Of a stretch of 64,000 nt of DNA, positions 62,240 to 64,000 are shown piece after piece. How positions within the stretch are numbered: the first letter of the stretch is position 1; each line of letters starts with the position of its first letter. Origin of the DNA: Selaginella moellendorffii (taxonomy: Eukaryota > Plantae > Lycopodiophyta); the NCBI RefSeq assembly GCF_000143415.4, contig NW_003314261.1, positions 186,001-250,000 on the forward strand. The letters are read 5' to 3'. A program made the position numbers and the translations under genes. Below the pieces are notes generated by a model. That model was not told the origin of the DNA and did not search any database. It was given only the letters and a program-made list of their open reading frames with translations.

Positions 62240-63490
62240 ATGGAGGAGGCCATGGAGCTACTGTCCCGGGAGGCGCGCGAGCTCTCGCTGGGCAGCCAGG
62301 TGGAGCGCGTCGCAGCGCCCGTGTCTCCGCTGCGTTTCCTTCGCGATTTCGTCATGCCGGGTAAGCCGTGCATTGTAACGGGCGGCATCCAGCACTGGAG
62401 CGCTCTCCGCAAGTGGTCCAACGATTATCTTCGCGCAGCGCTTGGGGATCAGCAGGTCAGCGTCCATTTCACTCCAGATGGCCGCGCAGACTCAATCGTC
62501 GACGTGCGCGGCATGGAAATGCTACCAGATGCCGACGGCGGTGGCGACGGCGATCTGGATCCCATCGATGGCGACCAGGAAACGCTCATGTTCGTCAGCG
62601 CTCACGTCCAGTCGATGCCTTTCGCCCAAGCTCTGGAAGCTGTTCTCGGCAAGAGAAGCAGTAGCAACGTAGCCTACCTCCAGCAGCAAAACGACTGCCT
62701 GCGCACAGAGTACTCGCGGCTGATCGACGACGTGGAGGCCGACATCCCGTGGGCGACTCAAGCGCTGGGCTCACTGCCCGAGGCTGTCAATCTCTGGATT
62801 GGCAACGAGAACTCCGTGACATCCTTCCACAAGGATCACTACGAGAACCTGTACGCTGTTGTGGCGGGGGAGAAGCACTTCACGCTGCTGCCACCCGTGG
62901 ACGTCCACAGGCTCTACATCCGTGACTACCCCGCCGCAAGCTACGTGCCATCGCCGGTAAAATTCCTTGCTCGCTAGCTGATATATATATGCGTAACAGG
63001 CACAGCAGGAGGACGAGCGCAAGCTGGTGATGAGGAGCGATCGCCCGCGGAGAATGGTGCCGTGGGCGAGCGTGGATCCCGAGTGCCGCCATCAAGACAA
63101 GCACAAGTTTCCCAGGTACTTCAGCAGCGGAGGTGGCGAGCCGTTCCACTGCACAGTTGGAGCTGGAGAGATCCTTTATTTGTGAGCTCCTCCTCTCAAA
63201 ACAAACTCCATTGAATGATCTAACTGCGCTGCTCGCGTGTGTGTGTGTGCGTGTGTGTGTAGGCCCAGTATGTGGTTCCACCATGTCACTCAGCGGCCCG
63301 ACTCGGGAGGCAGGACAATCGCCATCAATTTCTGTAAGTCGTTTGTTAGCGCCGTGTCCCTCCTTTGCTTTTTCTTTATTTGGCTTGTTTTCTCTCTCCA
63401 GGGTACGACATGGCGTTCGATATCAGATACGCATACTTCAACTTCCTGGAATCCTGTGTCAACAAGAAGAAGAACACCACTATCGAGTGA
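62240..63490 (+). CDS. JMJD7: JmjC-domain-only protein, JMJD7/JMJ32-like; exons 62240-62956, 63000-63181, 63263-63333, 63402-63490
   Basis: SPLRFLRDFV..KPCI, YLQQQND, AVNLWIGN..SVTSFHKDHYENLY, LPSMWFHHV, INFWYDM.FD; HxD...H iron triad intact. Confidence 0.9.
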
Positions 63491-63512
63491 TATATATATA
63501 TATATATATATA
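63490..63512. repeat. (AT)n microsatellite; others: (TG)n 63236-63260, (TTTC)n ~63961-63990, (GAAC)n 59051-59071
   Basis: Directly visible. Confidence 0.95.
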
Positions 63513-63600
63513 TCACTATCACTCACAGGTACCTTTTACTCGTGTCTAGGGCTGATAGATCAAAGCGGAGTTTTAGGGCTTTGTAGTGGAGCTGGGAGGA

Positions 63601-63942
63601 ATGCAGGCGGGAGAGGGCGCTCCAAGGCGCACAGGCGGCGGTGGGAGTCGCAGGAGAGTGGTGGTGAGCGATGACGACGATGGCGAGGGCGAATGCGTGA
63701 GTGGCAAGAGGAGTCGCAGGGCTGTCATTGATCCGGGGGACGAGGACGATGAGGAGGAGAGCGTGGCATTGAGGCCTAGAGCTGACGATGGCCTGGCGAT
63801 CGGCCTGGAGGAGGACGATGCGTCCATCCGGCTTCTGCAGGGAAGGCCCCAGGATGTGATCAAGCACACGCTGGGGAAATGCGAGAGGATCACTGCCAAG
63901 CTCCGGAGTGCGCTAACCGAGGCCGCGAAGCTCGTCTCTCAT
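63601..63942 (+). CDS. First exon of a probable SNF2-family remodeller (CHR19/ETL1/SMARCAD1-like); gene continues beyond the window
   Basis: Open frame from ATG 63601 to GTAAG donor. Acidic RRVVVSDDDD segments followed by DVIKHTLGKCERITAKLRSAL, resembling the recalled CHR19 N-terminus. Confidence 0.5.
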
Positions 63943-63958
63943 GTAAGTTTATTTGCTC

Positions 63959-63990
<32 letters not shown>

Positions 63991-64000
63991 TGCTCGAGAT

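Overview
Eukaryotic (plant) nuclear DNA. The compact genes with 50-100 bp introns and the style of the PLS-class PPR genes suggest a Selaginella-like lycophyte (inference only). 1-~42.4 kb is a deeply nested transposon island. It contains at least four Ty3/gypsy-type LTR families (named A-D here) and an LTR element whose gag runs into a LINE-ORF1-like (DUF4283 + zinc knuckle) region. It also holds a 5 x 606 bp chimeric tandem array with a telomere-like junction and a Cassandra-like TRIM with 5S rRNA-derived LTRs. A 19 kb TSD-flanked concatemer of a non-coding LTR family includes what looks like an unprocessed LTR-LTR (2-LTR circle-type) junction and large inversions. A second TRIM, a near-intact hAT DNA transposon and a decayed Copia pol complete the island. 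~42.4-64 kb is gene-dense: a PPR(-)/R2R3-MYB(+)/PPR(+) cassette expanded to three MYB copies with shredded PPR remnants, then Treslin/TICRR-like, a small FGKY-motif (DUF3820/ExoX C-terminal-like) protein, QWRF/AUG8-family, JMJD7-like, and the first exon of a probable CHR19/SMARCAD1-like gene. All calls were made by eye; no searches were run.
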